From positions 2,971-66,970 of the forward strand of contig CAZKNG010000003.1 in assembly GCA_964554125.1 (NCBI GenBank): a stretch of DNA of 64,000 bases, in the 5' to 3' direction. Under the pieces are notes generated by a model. It was not told where the DNA came from, did not search any database, and saw nothing but the letters and a program-made list of their open reading frames with translations. This DNA comes from an uncultured bacterium. GTDB taxonomy: Bacteria > Krumholzibacteriota > Krumholzibacteriia > Krumholzibacteriales > WJIX01. Numbering within the stretch: position 1 is the stretch's first letter; every line of letters starts with the position of its first letter. The translations under genes and the position numbers were made by a program. Positions 37,147-51,172 of this stretch are shown here, piece after piece.

Positions 37147-38079
37147 TCATTCGCCCGGAGAGGATGGTTTCCCGGGCTTCCGGTCAAAATACTCACTGTA
37201 AATCCTCTGAGTAGGATAGGCAAAATCGATATCCTCATTTTCGCCAAACCGGTTAAGAATATCTTCCCAGATCTCCTGCTCACTTCCCCTCCTCGCGCGG
37301 GGATCGCACATGTAACGGATTGTAAGAATAACCCCGCTGTTCTTAACAGATGTATATACGGTAGGTGTTAATTTCTCGTAATGAATAAGAAACCTCCCCT
37401 TCATTCTGTTAAGCTGACTGCGGGCTGTATTAGCCAGGTGTTCCGCGTGCTTTCCGGCTATTTCCAGGAGGATCTTTTTTGCCTTCTTCCAGTCACTCTC
37501 AAACGTAATAAGAACAGGTATTTCATTCCAGATATACTCGAGCCCCGCACTGTAATTCGCCAGCGCCTCTGTAAAGATCTTGCCGTTGGGTACATGTATA
37601 ATTCTCCCGGTGGACTGGTCCGCGTCAACCCAATTCCCCACCTCTATAAGGGAAAACTGAAACACTCTTATATCAACAACATCCCCCGATGATCCCGCTA
37701 TCTGTATTCGATCTCCGGGTTCGAAAGGACGGCGCCATATAATAAATATCCAGGCGGCGAAATTAACTATCGGATCTTTAAGCGCTAAAACAAGTCCGGC
37801 GGATATAATCCCAATGAAGGTCACTAATGTCTGCAACCCATGTATCCAGATCCTGCCTACGAGCAGTACTGCGACAAAAACCGAAATATAGGCGGACATC
37901 TTCCGCCATTGATACCGTCCCCTTATTTCTCCCACCCGCTTAAAAGCAATTCTCAGGGTAATTCCTCGAATAACCCAGATTAAGATTATAAGCGCAATTG
38001 ATGAAAAGATTTTAAACTGTATAGTCTGGCTGATCCCTAAATTATCATTAATCCACGAAACTATATCTGCAAAATCCAT
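37147..38079 (-). CDS. Small-conductance mechanosensitive channel (MscS family)
   Basis: 310 aa with N-terminal TM helices and the …GDRIQIAGSSGDVVDIRVFQ… beta-domain motif. Confidence 0.8.
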   Translation of the reverse strand: MDFADIVSWINDNLGISQTIQFKIFSSIALIILIWVIRGITLRIAFKRVGEIRGRYQWRKMSAYISVFVAVLLVGRIWIHGLQTLVTFIGIISAGLVLALKDPIVNFAAWIFIIWRRPFEPGDRIQIAGSSGDVVDIRVFQFSLIEVGNWVDADQSTGRIIHVPNGKIFTEALANYSAGLEYIWNEIPVLITFESDWKKAKKILLEIAGKHAEHLANTARSQLNRMKGRFLIHYEKLTPTVYTSVKNSGVILTIRYMCDPRARRGSEQEIWEDILNRFGENEDIDFAYPTQRIYSEYFDRKPGKPSSPGE

Positions 38080-38114
38080 AAGTTTGGCCTCACTCTTCCG
38101 AGGTACAAAAAAAT

Positions 38115-39638
38115 TTAACCGAGGCTTCCAACTTCTTTCTCGACCTCCTGAAGTATCTCGCAGGACCGCACAAGCTCTTTCATCTTTGTATGGTCAGGGT
38201 AAAGCGGCCTGTCAACATCCAGGAAATCAACGTACTTTCTTATCACCTCTTTTGCCTTGGTTACTCCCTTTCCGAACTTGAACTTACGGAAATCGAGAGC
38301 CTGGGCCGCCGCCATAAATTCAATTCCCAGAATACCGTAAGCGTTATCCAGTATCTGAAAATTCTTAATCGCCGTATTCATGCCCATAGATACAAAGTCC
38401 TCCTGATCGGCTGCCGCGGGTATCGACTGAATCGACGCGGGGCTTGAAAGTATCCTCTGCTCAACGATCTGCATATCGGCCGTATACTGGCTTAGCATCA
38501 GCCCGGAAAACATGCCGGCCCCTTCTGTTAGAAATGCCGGAAGCCCCACACTCAAAGCGGGATGGTTCAACCTGTTCATCCTTCTTTCCGACATGACGCT
38601 CACCATCGTAACAGCGGCACCTACCATATCCATTGGAAGGGAAACGGGTGACCCCTGAAAATTCGCGCCGGATATCTGCAAATCATCATCGGGGAAGAAG
38701 ACCGGGTTATCTCCTACTCCGTTAAGTTCAACTTCGACCTGCCCCGCAGCGAATTCAATCGAGTCATGCGCCGCGCCGATAACCTGAGGAGCCGAACGCA
38801 TCGAATAAGCGTCCTGCACCTTGCACTTTATCTTTTCATTCGCGAGGTCTCCCCCTTCGACAAGCTTTCTTATCGACTCGGCACTCCTTACGGCTCCCGC
38901 AAACCCTCTGGCCTCATGAAGTTTCCGGCTGTAAGGCTTCATGTTTGCCTTAAGAGCTTCTAATGACATTGAAGCAGCTATCTCTGCCTGCTTGAGCCAA
39001 TTCCTGGTGTCATAAAGCATAATAGCACTCATAGCGGTCAATACATTGGAACCATTTATCGTCGCGAGCCCGTCTCTGGCCTTCAATCCCGGTATTTCGA
39101 TCCCCGCCCTGTCCATTGCATCTTTCCCATCCAGAAGTTCACCTTTGTAATAGGCCTGCCCCTCTCCAAGCAGAAGGAGAGCAATCTGAGACATAGGCGC
39201 CAGGTCGCCGGACGCGCCTACCGAGCCTTTCTGACATATAAATGGCGTTACACCCTTATTCAACATTTCAACCAGGGTCTGAGTTATTACAGGCCTGCAC
39301 CCGGAGTTGCCATGGGCGTGGACATTTATTCTGCCGGCCATCGCTCCTCTAACATACTCAAGCGGAGCAGGGTCGCCGATTCCCGCCGCGTGGTTATAGA
39401 TAAGATACTTCTGAAACTCCTTTACCTGTTCATCATCTAAAACAACCTCTGAAAATTCGCCTATCCCGGTATTAACACCATACATGATTTCTTTAGCTTC
39501 TATCTTTCTTTCAAGCATAGCACGGCATTTCCTGATCCTGCCTAGAGCTTCATCCGAGAGTTCTACCTTTTCACCATGGCGGGCTATCCTAACTACTTTT
39601 TCAATTGTCAAATCGTTGCCATTCAGTGTAATCGCCAA
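38115..39638 (-). CDS. hutH: Histidine ammonia-lyase (MIO-dependent aromatic amino acid lyase family)
   Basis: 507 aa with the GSVGASGDLAPMSQ motif (the Ala-Ser-Gly triad that forms MIO). No hutU or hutI is adjacent. Confidence 0.8.
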   Translation of the reverse strand: MAITLNGNDLTIEKVVRIARHGEKVELSDEALGRIRKCRAMLERKIEAKEIMYGVNTGIGEFSEVVLDDEQVKEFQKYLIYNHAAGIGDPAPLEYVRGAMAGRINVHAHGNSGCRPVITQTLVEMLNKGVTPFICQKGSVGASGDLAPMSQIALLLLGEGQAYYKGELLDGKDAMDRAGIEIPGLKARDGLATINGSNVLTAMSAIMLYDTRNWLKQAEIAASMSLEALKANMKPYSRKLHEARGFAGAVRSAESIRKLVEGGDLANEKIKCKVQDAYSMRSAPQVIGAAHDSIEFAAGQVEVELNGVGDNPVFFPDDDLQISGANFQGSPVSLPMDMVGAAVTMVSVMSERRMNRLNHPALSVGLPAFLTEGAGMFSGLMLSQYTADMQIVEQRILSSPASIQSIPAAADQEDFVSMGMNTAIKNFQILDNAYGILGIEFMAAAQALDFRKFKFGKGVTKAKEVIRKYVDFLDVDRPLYPDHTKMKELVRSCEILQEVEKEVGSLG

Positions 39639-40082
39639 ATTGACCTCCCTGTTGACCTGTAATCTTTTCTATTCTATTATAAAATAAACGCTGACAAATC
39701 TGACGGCACCAGCATATCTCTACCGGAGTGAACATCTTTCTCACACAACGGTCAATATACTCTATATATTTATCCGAATCAAAATTGATTGTCCATAAAA
39801 AAGATAAAATCGTTACCACTGGATAAGCTTTTTCTTCTTAAAAAATAAATTCCCTTCAAAATGAGACCTTAATATTTATCGATTGTACCCTCATCAGCAA
39901 CTTTGAAGTTTACCCAACATTTTATATTTATCAACATAAATGTAACTACTTTCAGTTAAAAAACTTATATCCTCTTTTCATATCTTATCACTATAAGATT
40001 GATAAAATCACAACTTTGTGTATAATTAATAATGCTTGGGAACTTCTTTTTTACCGGTCTGATTCTAATTCGGGGGTGCAAG

Positions 40083-43681
<3,599 letters not shown>

Positions 43682-43779
43682 GCTCCAAATCTTACTCTTA
43701 CCGATCTTGCCGGATCAGATATAATGTTCCGCAATTAGTTCTTTTATAACCGGTTGATCATACAAAACTCTCAGTATTA

Positions 43780-44970
43780 TCAAGTATAATTCCCGACAAA
43801 CTCTTCAAAGCGGTCAAGCGCTTTATTTAATTCTTCTTCACCCGCCGCGAATGAGAACCTGATTGTATTATCACACCCGAAAGGTCCGCCCGGAATTAAA
43901 AGCAGCCCGTTCTCCTTCAGGAGTTTCTCACAGAATTCCCCGCTGCCGGAAACGCCGCAACTGCCATACATCGAAGATACATCTACCAGAAAATAGAAAG
44001 CTCCGCCGGGATCAGGATATTTTATCCCAGGTATTCTCCCCAGCCTATCTGAGAATAGTTTTTTTCTCTTCTCGAATTCACCGCGCATCATATCTCTGTC
44101 TTCAGCACCTTCTTTAACAGCGGTTAACGCCGCCCACTGGGAAATCGCGTTAGGACATCCGGTAGCGTGCGCCTGATACGCGCTCATTCTGAAAATTACG
44201 TCACTGCCGGACATCGCAAACCCTATCCTCCAGCCCGTCATAGCGTAACTCTTAGAAACACCGGTTATGATAACAGCGCTGTCTTTCAGTTCCGGGACCA
44301 GAGAAACAGGCGAATAGTGCTTATTCCCCTCATATGTCAGAAATTCATATATTTCATCGCTGATAAGAGATATCCCCTCGCGCCGGAGGATTTCACCTAT
44401 AGCTTTAACCTCATCAGCGCTGTAAACAACGCCGGCCGGATTATTGGGTGAATTATACAGAATTGCTTTGGGCTTTGATTTTGCTACCTCGTCCTCAAGT
44501 TTCTCCGGGGTCAGCTTGTAGTCATTGTCCGCGCTGAGCTTTACAACCCTGGGCTTAGCTCCTACTAGTTTTACCATCTCCGGATAACTTACCCAGTAGG
44601 GTGTGAATATCAAAACCTCATCGCCCGGATTAGTCAGAACAAAAAGAGCGTTGAAAATAGAGTGCTTTGCCCCGTTTGATATCATTACTTCCGAGCTCTT
44701 GTAGGGTATGCCGATCCGCTTTGAATATATATCCGCTACAGCTTCTCTCAGTTGTGATATCCCCGCTGCCGGTGTATATCTGGTCTTTCCGGTTCTTATT
44801 GCTTCATAAGCAGCTTCTTTAACAACATCCGGAGTCTCGAAATCGGGCTCGCCAGCCGCCAGCCCCACTACATCCTCTCCAGCTTCACGCAGGTTGTTGG
44901 CTTTTGTATTCAAACTCAGGGTAATTGAAGGTTCTATATTCCTGGCTCTTTCACTTATCACATCACTCAT
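43780..44970 (-). CDS. Class I/II pyridoxal-phosphate aminotransferase (aspartate/aromatic aminotransferase-like)
   Basis: 396 aa with the PLP-lysine region …GVSKSYAMTGWRIGF…. Confidence 0.8.
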   Translation of the reverse strand: MSDVISERARNIEPSITLSLNTKANNLREAGEDVVGLAAGEPDFETPDVVKEAAYEAIRTGKTRYTPAAGISQLREAVADIYSKRIGIPYKSSEVMISNGAKHSIFNALFVLTNPGDEVLIFTPYWVSYPEMVKLVGAKPRVVKLSADNDYKLTPEKLEDEVAKSKPKAILYNSPNNPAGVVYSADEVKAIGEILRREGISLISDEIYEFLTYEGNKHYSPVSLVPELKDSAVIITGVSKSYAMTGWRIGFAMSGSDVIFRMSAYQAHATGCPNAISQWAALTAVKEGAEDRDMMRGEFEKRKKLFSDRLGRIPGIKYPDPGGAFYFLVDVSSMYGSCGVSGSGEFCEKLLKENGLLLIPGGPFGCDNTIRFSFAAGEEELNKALDRFEEFVGNYT

Positions 44971-45001
44971 AAATCTCCTCCTCAGAATAAATCACTGTTA
45001 T

Positions 45002-45490
45002 CTAATCCCGCGGAAACCACTCTCTAAGACTTTTCGCTACCGGTTCCGGCACGAGACTGTCAATTTCACCACCCAGACGATAAATTTCTTTTACAAGGGA
45101 ACTGTGCAGGTAGATATATTTCTCACTGGGCATGAGAAATACAGTTTCAAAGTCCGGGTTGAGCTTCCTGTTCATAAGCCCGATCATAAGTTCATACTCA
45201 AAATCCGATATCGCCCTCAAACCCCTTATAACAACATCCACCTTCCTCTTTCTGAATTCATCGACAAGAAGACCTTCGAAAGTCACGCATTCGATCCCCT
45301 TGCATCCCTCTAAACTCTTACTGGCTATTTCATGCCTCTGCTTGAGCGATAAAAGTGTGTTCTTGTGAGTACCCACTGCCACAGCAACAATGACTTTGTC
45401 AAAAACACGGGCGATCCGCTTAACAAGGTCAACGTGACCGTTTGTTATCGGATCAAAAGTGCCGGGGTAAAGAGCAGTTTTCAAACTCAT
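45002..45490 (-). CDS. coaD: Phosphopantetheine adenylyltransferase
   Basis: 162 aa. The N-terminus …ALYPGTFDPITNGHVDLV… is the HxGH nucleotidyltransferase motif. Confidence 0.9.
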   Translation of the reverse strand: MSLKTALYPGTFDPITNGHVDLVKRIARVFDKVIVAVAVGTHKNTLLSLKQRHEIASKSLEGCKGIECVTFEGLLVDEFRKRKVDVVIRGLRAISDFEYELMIGLMNRKLNPDFETVFLMPSEKYIYLHSSLVKEIYRLGGEIDSLVPEPVAKSLREWFPRD

Positions 45491-45525
45491 GACCTCCCCT
45501 TCCGTAACTCTTAAGAAAGATTCAA

Positions 45526-46158
45526 TCAGCTCTCGATATATCTGAAGTAATTTATACAGGTATTCCCGAACTTTTTAGCTTTATATTTCTCCATAGGCTG
45601 GTCGCTTACAGATTCCAGCTCCTTGCTGCTTTCAATTACAAGAAGCCCGCATATCTTTCTTCCGGCTCCGTTTATGACCTTTAAAATCTCCTCGGCATAG
45701 CTGCTCTTATATGGAGGATCAGCAATTATTATATCGTACCTGTACCCCTTTAAAACAGCCTTCTTGAGAAAACGGACAGAGTCGGTCCTTATAACTTCAG
45801 CGTGATCGGAACTGAATCGGCATTTTTCAATATTTGATCTTATAGCTTTTACGGCGTTTCTGTTAATCTCCACAAAAGTAGATTTCTCAGCGCCCCGGCT
45901 CAAAGCTTCTATACCGAGACCCCCGGAGCCCGAAAAAAGGTCAAGCACAACAGAACCCTCTACTTCATTCTGCAGGTGATCAAAAACAGAACCCTTTACT
46001 AATTGTGTAGTAGGCCGGAAATCCTTCCCCCTTGCTCCTTTAAGCTTGGTTCCACCCTTCTTTCCGGATATTACTTTCAAACTCAGCCTTTCGAGAAAAC
46101 CCAGATTCAGCAGATTGCGCAAACACTTCAGCATAAATAAGATTCTCGGCGCGGGCAA
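45526..46158 (-). CDS. rsmD: 16S rRNA (guanine966-N2)-methyltransferase RsmD
   Basis: The motifs are …RPTTQLVKGSVFDHL…, DLFSGSGGLGIEALSRGA and IIIADPPY. The true start is probably internal to the listed ORF. Confidence 0.75.
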   Translation of the reverse strand: MPAPRILFMLKCLRNLLNLGFLERLSLKVISGKKGGTKLKGARGKDFRPTTQLVKGSVFDHLQNEVEGSVVLDLFSGSGGLGIEALSRGAEKSTFVEINRNAVKAIRSNIEKCRFSSDHAEVIRTDSVRFLKKAVLKGYRYDIIIADPPYKSSYAEEILKVINGAGRKICGLLVIESSKELESVSDQPMEKYKAKKFGNTCINYFRYIES

Positions 46159-46183
46159 GTAAAATCATTTTTCTCCACCGCAT

Positions 46184-46219
46184 AAAAAAACCCCCGAAAG
46201 TTATAATAACTTCCGGGGG
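46184..46219 (-). terminator. Rho-independent terminator downstream of pilQ
   Basis: The minus strand has a 12-bp stem CCCCCGGAAGTT/AACTTTCGGGGG (1 mismatch) followed by TTTTTTTAT. Confidence 0.65.
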
Positions 46220-46244
46220 TACGACGGTAAGTGGAGGGGCAAAA

Positions 46245-48236
46245 TTATTCCACGATCGTCGGAGTAACGAAAATCACAAGTTCCTGTTTTTTCTTCGACT
46301 TTGAGGAGGATGAAAAAAGGGCGCCCAGATAAGGTATATCTTTCAAAAAAGGTATGCCTCTTCTTACACTCGTGTCAAGCTTCTTGATCAATCCGCCGAT
46401 AATTGCCGTTTCTCCGTTTGCAACTTCGACCCTCGTGTCAGCTTCAGCGGTAGCGATTATCACGCCGCCCTGCTGAGTTGACTCGGTCTGAAGCTCACTT
46501 ACCTCGGGATGGAGGTCAAGAGTGATGGTTCTGTCTTTATTTACGTGCGGAATAACTTTAAGCATTATTCCAATCTTTGTAAGCTCTGTTAAAGGGTTTC
46601 CGGCTTCATCCGCGACGATTAGAGGTATCTCTTTTCCAACCAGTATAGTGGCTTCCCTGTTTTCCATAGTGGTAATCCTGGGATTGGAGATTATATTTGC
46701 ATTATTTTTCTCTTCCATCATCTGAAGAATTGAATTAAGTTCTCCCCACGATTGAACACTGCCGATCTTGAGCGTCCCGCTTGTAAGGGGAAGGGCTTCA
46801 TCCACACCGGCACTTCCGATAGCGTTGACATCGGATTTATGAAGGTTCAGCAAATCCCACTTAATTCCAAGCTCGCGTTTCGCTTCAACATCCATCTCAA
46901 CCAGTTTAGCGTTGATATTAACTTGTACATGTTTAGTATCGAGTTCTTTTACAATCGCCGATACTTTATCAAGATTCTCTTCTATATCGTTAATAATCAA
47001 GGTGTTGCTTCCAGGATCAACATCGATTTTACCCCGTTTGCTTACTACATTCTTCAGGGCGTCACCGATCTCTTCCGCGCTTGAATTATCTACAAAAACA
47101 ACCCTCGTTTTCAGGGGAAGGAGATCCTTCTCTTTGTTCTTAGCACTTTTCTGATCAAGTTCTTGACGGAGCAAACGCTTACTTTCACCGACTCTTATCA
47201 TCCCGTACTCTTCCCTGTAACCGTATCCATGGGCTTTCAGAATAACTTCGAGAGCTTCCTGCCAGGGACAATCTTTTATATGAACAAAGACATCTCCCTC
47301 TACATCATCACCCGGAACGATATTAATATCGGCATAATGTGAAATTGTCTGAAGAACCGTTTTAATATCAGCCCCCTGGGCATCCAGAGTTATTCTTTTC
47401 GATCCCATAGGTATACCGGATCCAGCAGCCGGAGCTCCCCTGACATATGATTTTGACCAGGGAAGATTCTCAAACTTCACGCGCGGGGCGGAATTATTAA
47501 CATCTATTTCACTTCCTGAACTCGATATTACGGTTTGGTTTTCCGCGACGCGGCTTATATCCGCGGTATCACCACTGTTTTCTTTTTCGATCCAGGGAGA
47601 ATCAACCTCATCTTCATCCTTTTTGATATTTCTGTCAGCATCACTCCTGTTTTCTATTTTGTCATCGTCTGACAGATTAACCGCTGAATGATTCTCTTCT
47701 ATCACAGGTTTTATATTCTTTTCATTCTTATCTTCTGTTTCGGAAAGTTCCCGGACTTCACTTACGGGATCCGGAGCAGCAACACTATTTTCTGTTTTAC
47801 TGTCATTTAATGAAATATCAGCGTCATCAGCCCCGTTCGTATCAGAAATAAGCAGGACCTGTTTATTATTAATTTCGAAAATACGATGATTTACACTTTT
47901 TTTCAGGTCAAATACAAGTCTGCTTACAGGCACGGGGTCCGTTTTGAACTGGCTCGTTCTCACTCTGTATATCAACCGGGATTCGGTTTGATATGTAGAT
48001 TCATCCAACCTGTTTGCCGCGCCCACACAATCGACAACAAGCCTTTTCGGATCATCGGTAAAGAAAAGTTTGAATTCGATATCACCTGACTTGGCAATCT
48101 CGATTCTCAAATCTCCGTTTGCTTTCATGATCTGGAGGTTCTTAATTTCCCCCGCGGTGTCAGATGCCTCTAAAAGATTAATAGGGACAACAACCATAAC
48201 CAGTAATATCAATGTTAATTTGAGAAACTTCTGCAT
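46245..48236 (-). CDS. pilQ: Type IV pilus secretin PilQ
   Basis: It has a signal peptide, N-terminal AMIN-like domain, a long acidic linker and a C-terminal secretin domain (…RRGIPFLKDIPYLGALFSS…LVIFVTPTIV). The start is taken at MQKFLK (AAGGAG RBS 7 nt upstream) rather than the track's 48260. Confidence 0.85.
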   Translation of the reverse strand: MQKFLKLTLILLVMVVVPINLLEASDTAGEIKNLQIMKANGDLRIEIAKSGDIEFKLFFTDDPKRLVVDCVGAANRLDESTYQTESRLIYRVRTSQFKTDPVPVSRLVFDLKKSVNHRIFEINNKQVLLISDTNGADDADISLNDSKTENSVAAPDPVSEVRELSETEDKNEKNIKPVIEENHSAVNLSDDDKIENRSDADRNIKKDEDEVDSPWIEKENSGDTADISRVAENQTVISSSGSEIDVNNSAPRVKFENLPWSKSYVRGAPAAGSGIPMGSKRITLDAQGADIKTVLQTISHYADINIVPGDDVEGDVFVHIKDCPWQEALEVILKAHGYGYREEYGMIRVGESKRLLRQELDQKSAKNKEKDLLPLKTRVVFVDNSSAEEIGDALKNVVSKRGKIDVDPGSNTLIINDIEENLDKVSAIVKELDTKHVQVNINAKLVEMDVEAKRELGIKWDLLNLHKSDVNAIGSAGVDEALPLTSGTLKIGSVQSWGELNSILQMMEEKNNANIISNPRITTMENREATILVGKEIPLIVADEAGNPLTELTKIGIMLKVIPHVNKDRTITLDLHPEVSELQTESTQQGGVIIATAEADTRVEVANGETAIIGGLIKKLDTSVRRGIPFLKDIPYLGALFSSSSKSKKKQELVIFVTPTIVE

Positions 48237-48237
48237 C

Positions 48238-48711
48238 TTAATCTCCTTTTTCCTTCTCACCCTCTAGGTTCAGAGTTATACTGTTAGTTTGTCCGTACGA
48301 TCTTACTCGCGCTATCAGGGAACGTTCTGAAACGGAAACAATACTCCCATTCCTTATCGGATCCCCTACCTTTAATATATGACCAATTCCATTTCTGTCT
48401 TCGAGCATGGCGTATTTTTCCATTCCTCCGGAAAGCACACCAACCAGGCTGACCTTCTGGATATTAATAAGATCGGAGCTGCCTTCCTCAAAATCGCCGG
48501 ACACAAGGCTCTGAAAGGGGTCTCTGTGGTTAAACGCCTGATAATAATAATGTTTTGTTCTAAGATTATCCTGTCCGTCTCTCTTTTCCGCCGCAAAAGC
48601 TGTCTGGGGCAGCAGTAATCCCAGAAAAATTAAATAAACCGTTAATCTTTCCCATACCACTGAGGTATTATCAGGATTTGTCTTTATTCTTAACATCCGA
48701 AATCTCACCAC
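48238..48711 (-). CDS. pilP: PilP-like pilus assembly lipoprotein/periplasmic protein
   Basis: A ~150 aa signal-peptide protein located between pilO and pilQ. The assignment is by position and size. Confidence 0.5.
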   Translation of the reverse strand: MVRFRMLRIKTNPDNTSVVWERLTVYLIFLGLLLPQTAFAAEKRDGQDNLRTKHYYYQAFNHRDPFQSLVSGDFEEGSSDLINIQKVSLVGVLSGGMEKYAMLEDRNGIGHILKVGDPIRNGSIVSVSERSLIARVRSYGQTNSITLNLEGEKEKGD

Positions 48712-49288
48712 CTTTCAGAAGTGTATAGGCAGTCATCGTCATTTGCGCTTCAATTGTTCTGGTTTTTCCTACTCCACCGTCATCTTTATTATCAAAAGAG
48801 GATATTTCCATATCAGATACATTAACAATACGGTCCAGATTTGCCACTTTCGATAAAAATATGCCCACCTGGTGATATCTCCCCTTTACTCTTATATTTA
48901 TCGGATTTTCGGCAAAAAAGTCCTTTCTTATCCTCCGCTTAGGTTCGAAAAGGGTAAAATTAACACCTGCCTGATTTCCGGCCATCGTTATCTTTCTCAG
49001 CAATCCGGCTATCTCATCCTCTTCGGGCAGTAATTTAAGCGCAGCGACCCATTTCTCGTGCAATCTGTTGTATTCTGTCTCCAGCGCCTCAAGATTACCG
49101 ACAGTTTTTCTGGCTTTTTCGAGTTCTGTGCTTACCTTATCATATTCCCTCTTAAGCGATTCTTCCTTCGCCGCCCGCGGTTTGTATAAGAAAGGCATGA
49201 AAGAAGTAAAGAAATAAACATAGGCGATCATAGCCAGAAACATACCTATCACCATTGATTTTTGTACCTGTGGATCTTTTAAATCCAT
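48671..49288 (-). CDS. pilO: Type IV pilus assembly protein PilO
   Basis: 205 aa with a single N-terminal TM helix, a coiled-coil and a periplasmic domain. It follows pilN. Confidence 0.7.
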   Translation of the reverse strand: MDLKDPQVQKSMVIGMFLAMIAYVYFFTSFMPFLYKPRAAKEESLKREYDKVSTELEKARKTVGNLEALETEYNRLHEKWVAALKLLPEEDEIAGLLRKITMAGNQAGVNFTLFEPKRRIRKDFFAENPINIRVKGRYHQVGIFLSKVANLDRIVNVSDMEISSFDNKDDGGVGKTRTIEAQMTMTAYTLLKGGEISDVKNKDKS

Positions 49289-49306
49289 CGTTTCTACCTC
49301 TTTCCG

Positions 49307-49861
49307 TTATTGCGGTATTGCATTGCCCACTAAAGAAAACTTCATTACTTTATTATTGTGTATCGTCCCTTCCTCCACCACACTCAGATCTACCTTTGTA
49401 AATAAGGAAGATCTCTCCAGATTTGTCATCATATCCGCTACTTTGTAGTTGTTAAAAGTAATGCCGTCAATAGCATACTCTTTCGAAGAAAGCTCAGTTA
49501 TACCGGTAAGCCAGCAGTTTCCGGGGATTTTCATACTGATATCATTCAACAATCTTACCCTGAAGAACCGATATTTATCGAGCGAAGTAATAAGCTGGAG
49601 TCTTTTATTAACCTCTCCGCGCTCCTTTGTGATCTTCTTTATTTTTGCCAGTTGCGGAGCAAGCTTTCTGGATTCCTTACGAGCGGTTTTTATCTTTTCT
49701 TCAAGATCGGCTATCCTGTGGCCCTGTATAAAACTGAAAGCAAGTATGCCCCCTATGACAATTAAAACCACACCAACCATATATACCGACGACATATCGG
49801 GAAGATTGAAACTGCGTTTTTTATCCCTGTCCTCAGGTGGCAGCAGATTTATTCTAATCAT
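49307..49861 (-). CDS. pilN: Type IV pilus assembly protein PilN
   Basis: 184 aa. It begins MIRINLLP (the conserved PilN INLLP motif), followed by one TM helix. Confidence 0.8.
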   Translation of the reverse strand: MIRINLLPPEDRDKKRSFNLPDMSSVYMVGVVLIVIGGILAFSFIQGHRIADLEEKIKTARKESRKLAPQLAKIKKITKERGEVNKRLQLITSLDKYRFFRVRLLNDISMKIPGNCWLTGITELSSKEYAIDGITFNNYKVADMMTNLERSSLFTKVDLSVVEEGTIHNNKVMKFSLVGNAIPQ

Positions 49862-50934
49862 TATTCCCCCGCCTTTCTCAGAGCGAGACCAATGCCCACT
49901 GTAAGTAATGGCGCTATCTCGTTCAAATCCTCTCCATATTCAGTGAAAATCCCTTCATCAAAATCGATCTGGGAAAGAGGATTATGTATTAAAAATTCAA
50001 TGTCATGTTTATCCGAAAGTATTTCCTGTAAGAACGGAAGCCTCGCGCCCCCGCCGCTTAGAATAATTTTATCAATTTTATCCGCGTCACCGGCAGCCTT
50101 GAGGAAGGAAATACTCCGCTCTATTCCCAGAGACAGTTCTTTTGCCTTCTTTCTGAATATTTCCTTTACGGATTCCTCGTCTATATCACCGAGGTCACCT
50201 CTTACGACTCGCAACGCCTCTTCATAGTCGAGACCTTGTTCCTTCTGAAGCTCCTCGATAAAACTGCTGGTTCCCACACTGATATCTCTGGTAAAATGGG
50301 GGCTGTCGTTTTGAATTATATTTATATTGGTTACATCACTGCCGATATTTACAAGCCCTACAACTTCATCTTCCTCTTCTTCGCTTGAAGTGTAGTTTTC
50401 TTCAAAACTGTTCTGCAGGGCAAAAGAGTCAACATCAATAATCTCCGGGTTTAACCCAGCGTCTCTGATAAGTTCAGCGTAATCTGTAACCATATCTTTT
50501 TTAGCCGCAACCAGCAAAACTTCCATCTGATTGGCGCCGATATCTTCATCAAGTATTTGAAAATCAAGACATACATCGTCAATATCAAAAGGAACGTGCT
50601 GCTCAGCTTCCCAGAATATTGCTTCCGCGGCGTCTTCAGCTGTCATTTTGTCCATAACAATTTTTTTAACTATAACCGCGCGTCCTGATACGGCGGAGAC
50701 AACATTCTTCCCCGTGATCCCGGACTTATCGACGCATTCCGAAATAGTTTCTACCACGAGGTTCCTGTCCATAATTTCATCTTCCACGATTGCTTCCGGC
50801 AGGAGTTTGCTTATACCAAAATGGACTATCCTCGGTATCTGTTCAGAATGTTCTATTTCAACAACCTTAATCAAACTGGAACCAACATCAATACTGATCG
50901 TTGAAGGTTTTTTCTTAAATGGTAAAGATATCAT
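49861..50934 (-). CDS. pilM: Type IV pilus assembly protein PilM (actin-like ATPase fold)
   Basis: It has …IDVGSSLIKVVEIE… and an actin/FtsA-like fold. The start is taken at ATG 50934 (MISLPF, AAGGA RBS) rather than the track's TTG at 50976. Confidence 0.8.
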   Translation of the reverse strand: MISLPFKKKPSTISIDVGSSLIKVVEIEHSEQIPRIVHFGISKLLPEAIVEDEIMDRNLVVETISECVDKSGITGKNVVSAVSGRAVIVKKIVMDKMTAEDAAEAIFWEAEQHVPFDIDDVCLDFQILDEDIGANQMEVLLVAAKKDMVTDYAELIRDAGLNPEIIDVDSFALQNSFEENYTSSEEEEDEVVGLVNIGSDVTNINIIQNDSPHFTRDISVGTSSFIEELQKEQGLDYEEALRVVRGDLGDIDEESVKEIFRKKAKELSLGIERSISFLKAAGDADKIDKIILSGGGARLPFLQEILSDKHDIEFLIHNPLSQIDFDEGIFTEYGEDLNEIAPLLTVGIGLALRKAGE

Positions 50935-51040
50935 TCGCGCACCATCCTTTTTATACAAGGAAACTGTGCTTTCCAATACTGAATTTTTTCTTACATCTTT
51001 TGACTAACTGCACTTTTTAAATTCCAATCAAGTAGTGGTC

Positions 51041-51055
51041 GCAACATATGTGCCA
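51041..51055 (-). promoter_or_regulatory. Sigma-54 -24/-12 promoter upstream of pilM
   Basis: The minus strand reads TGGCAC-ATATG-TTGC, a perfect match to the consensus TGGCAC-N5-TTGC. It lies ~100 nt upstream of the pilM ATG. Confidence 0.6.
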
Positions 51056-51172
51056 AAGTTCTGAAATTAAAGTCTTCGTAAGGGTTTGAATTGCCGAGGG
51101 TTATCAAACAGGGCCTCTTAACCCTCAGTGAGAGAATTACACAATTGCAAGGTTTTTGTGCAAAGTGATAAA

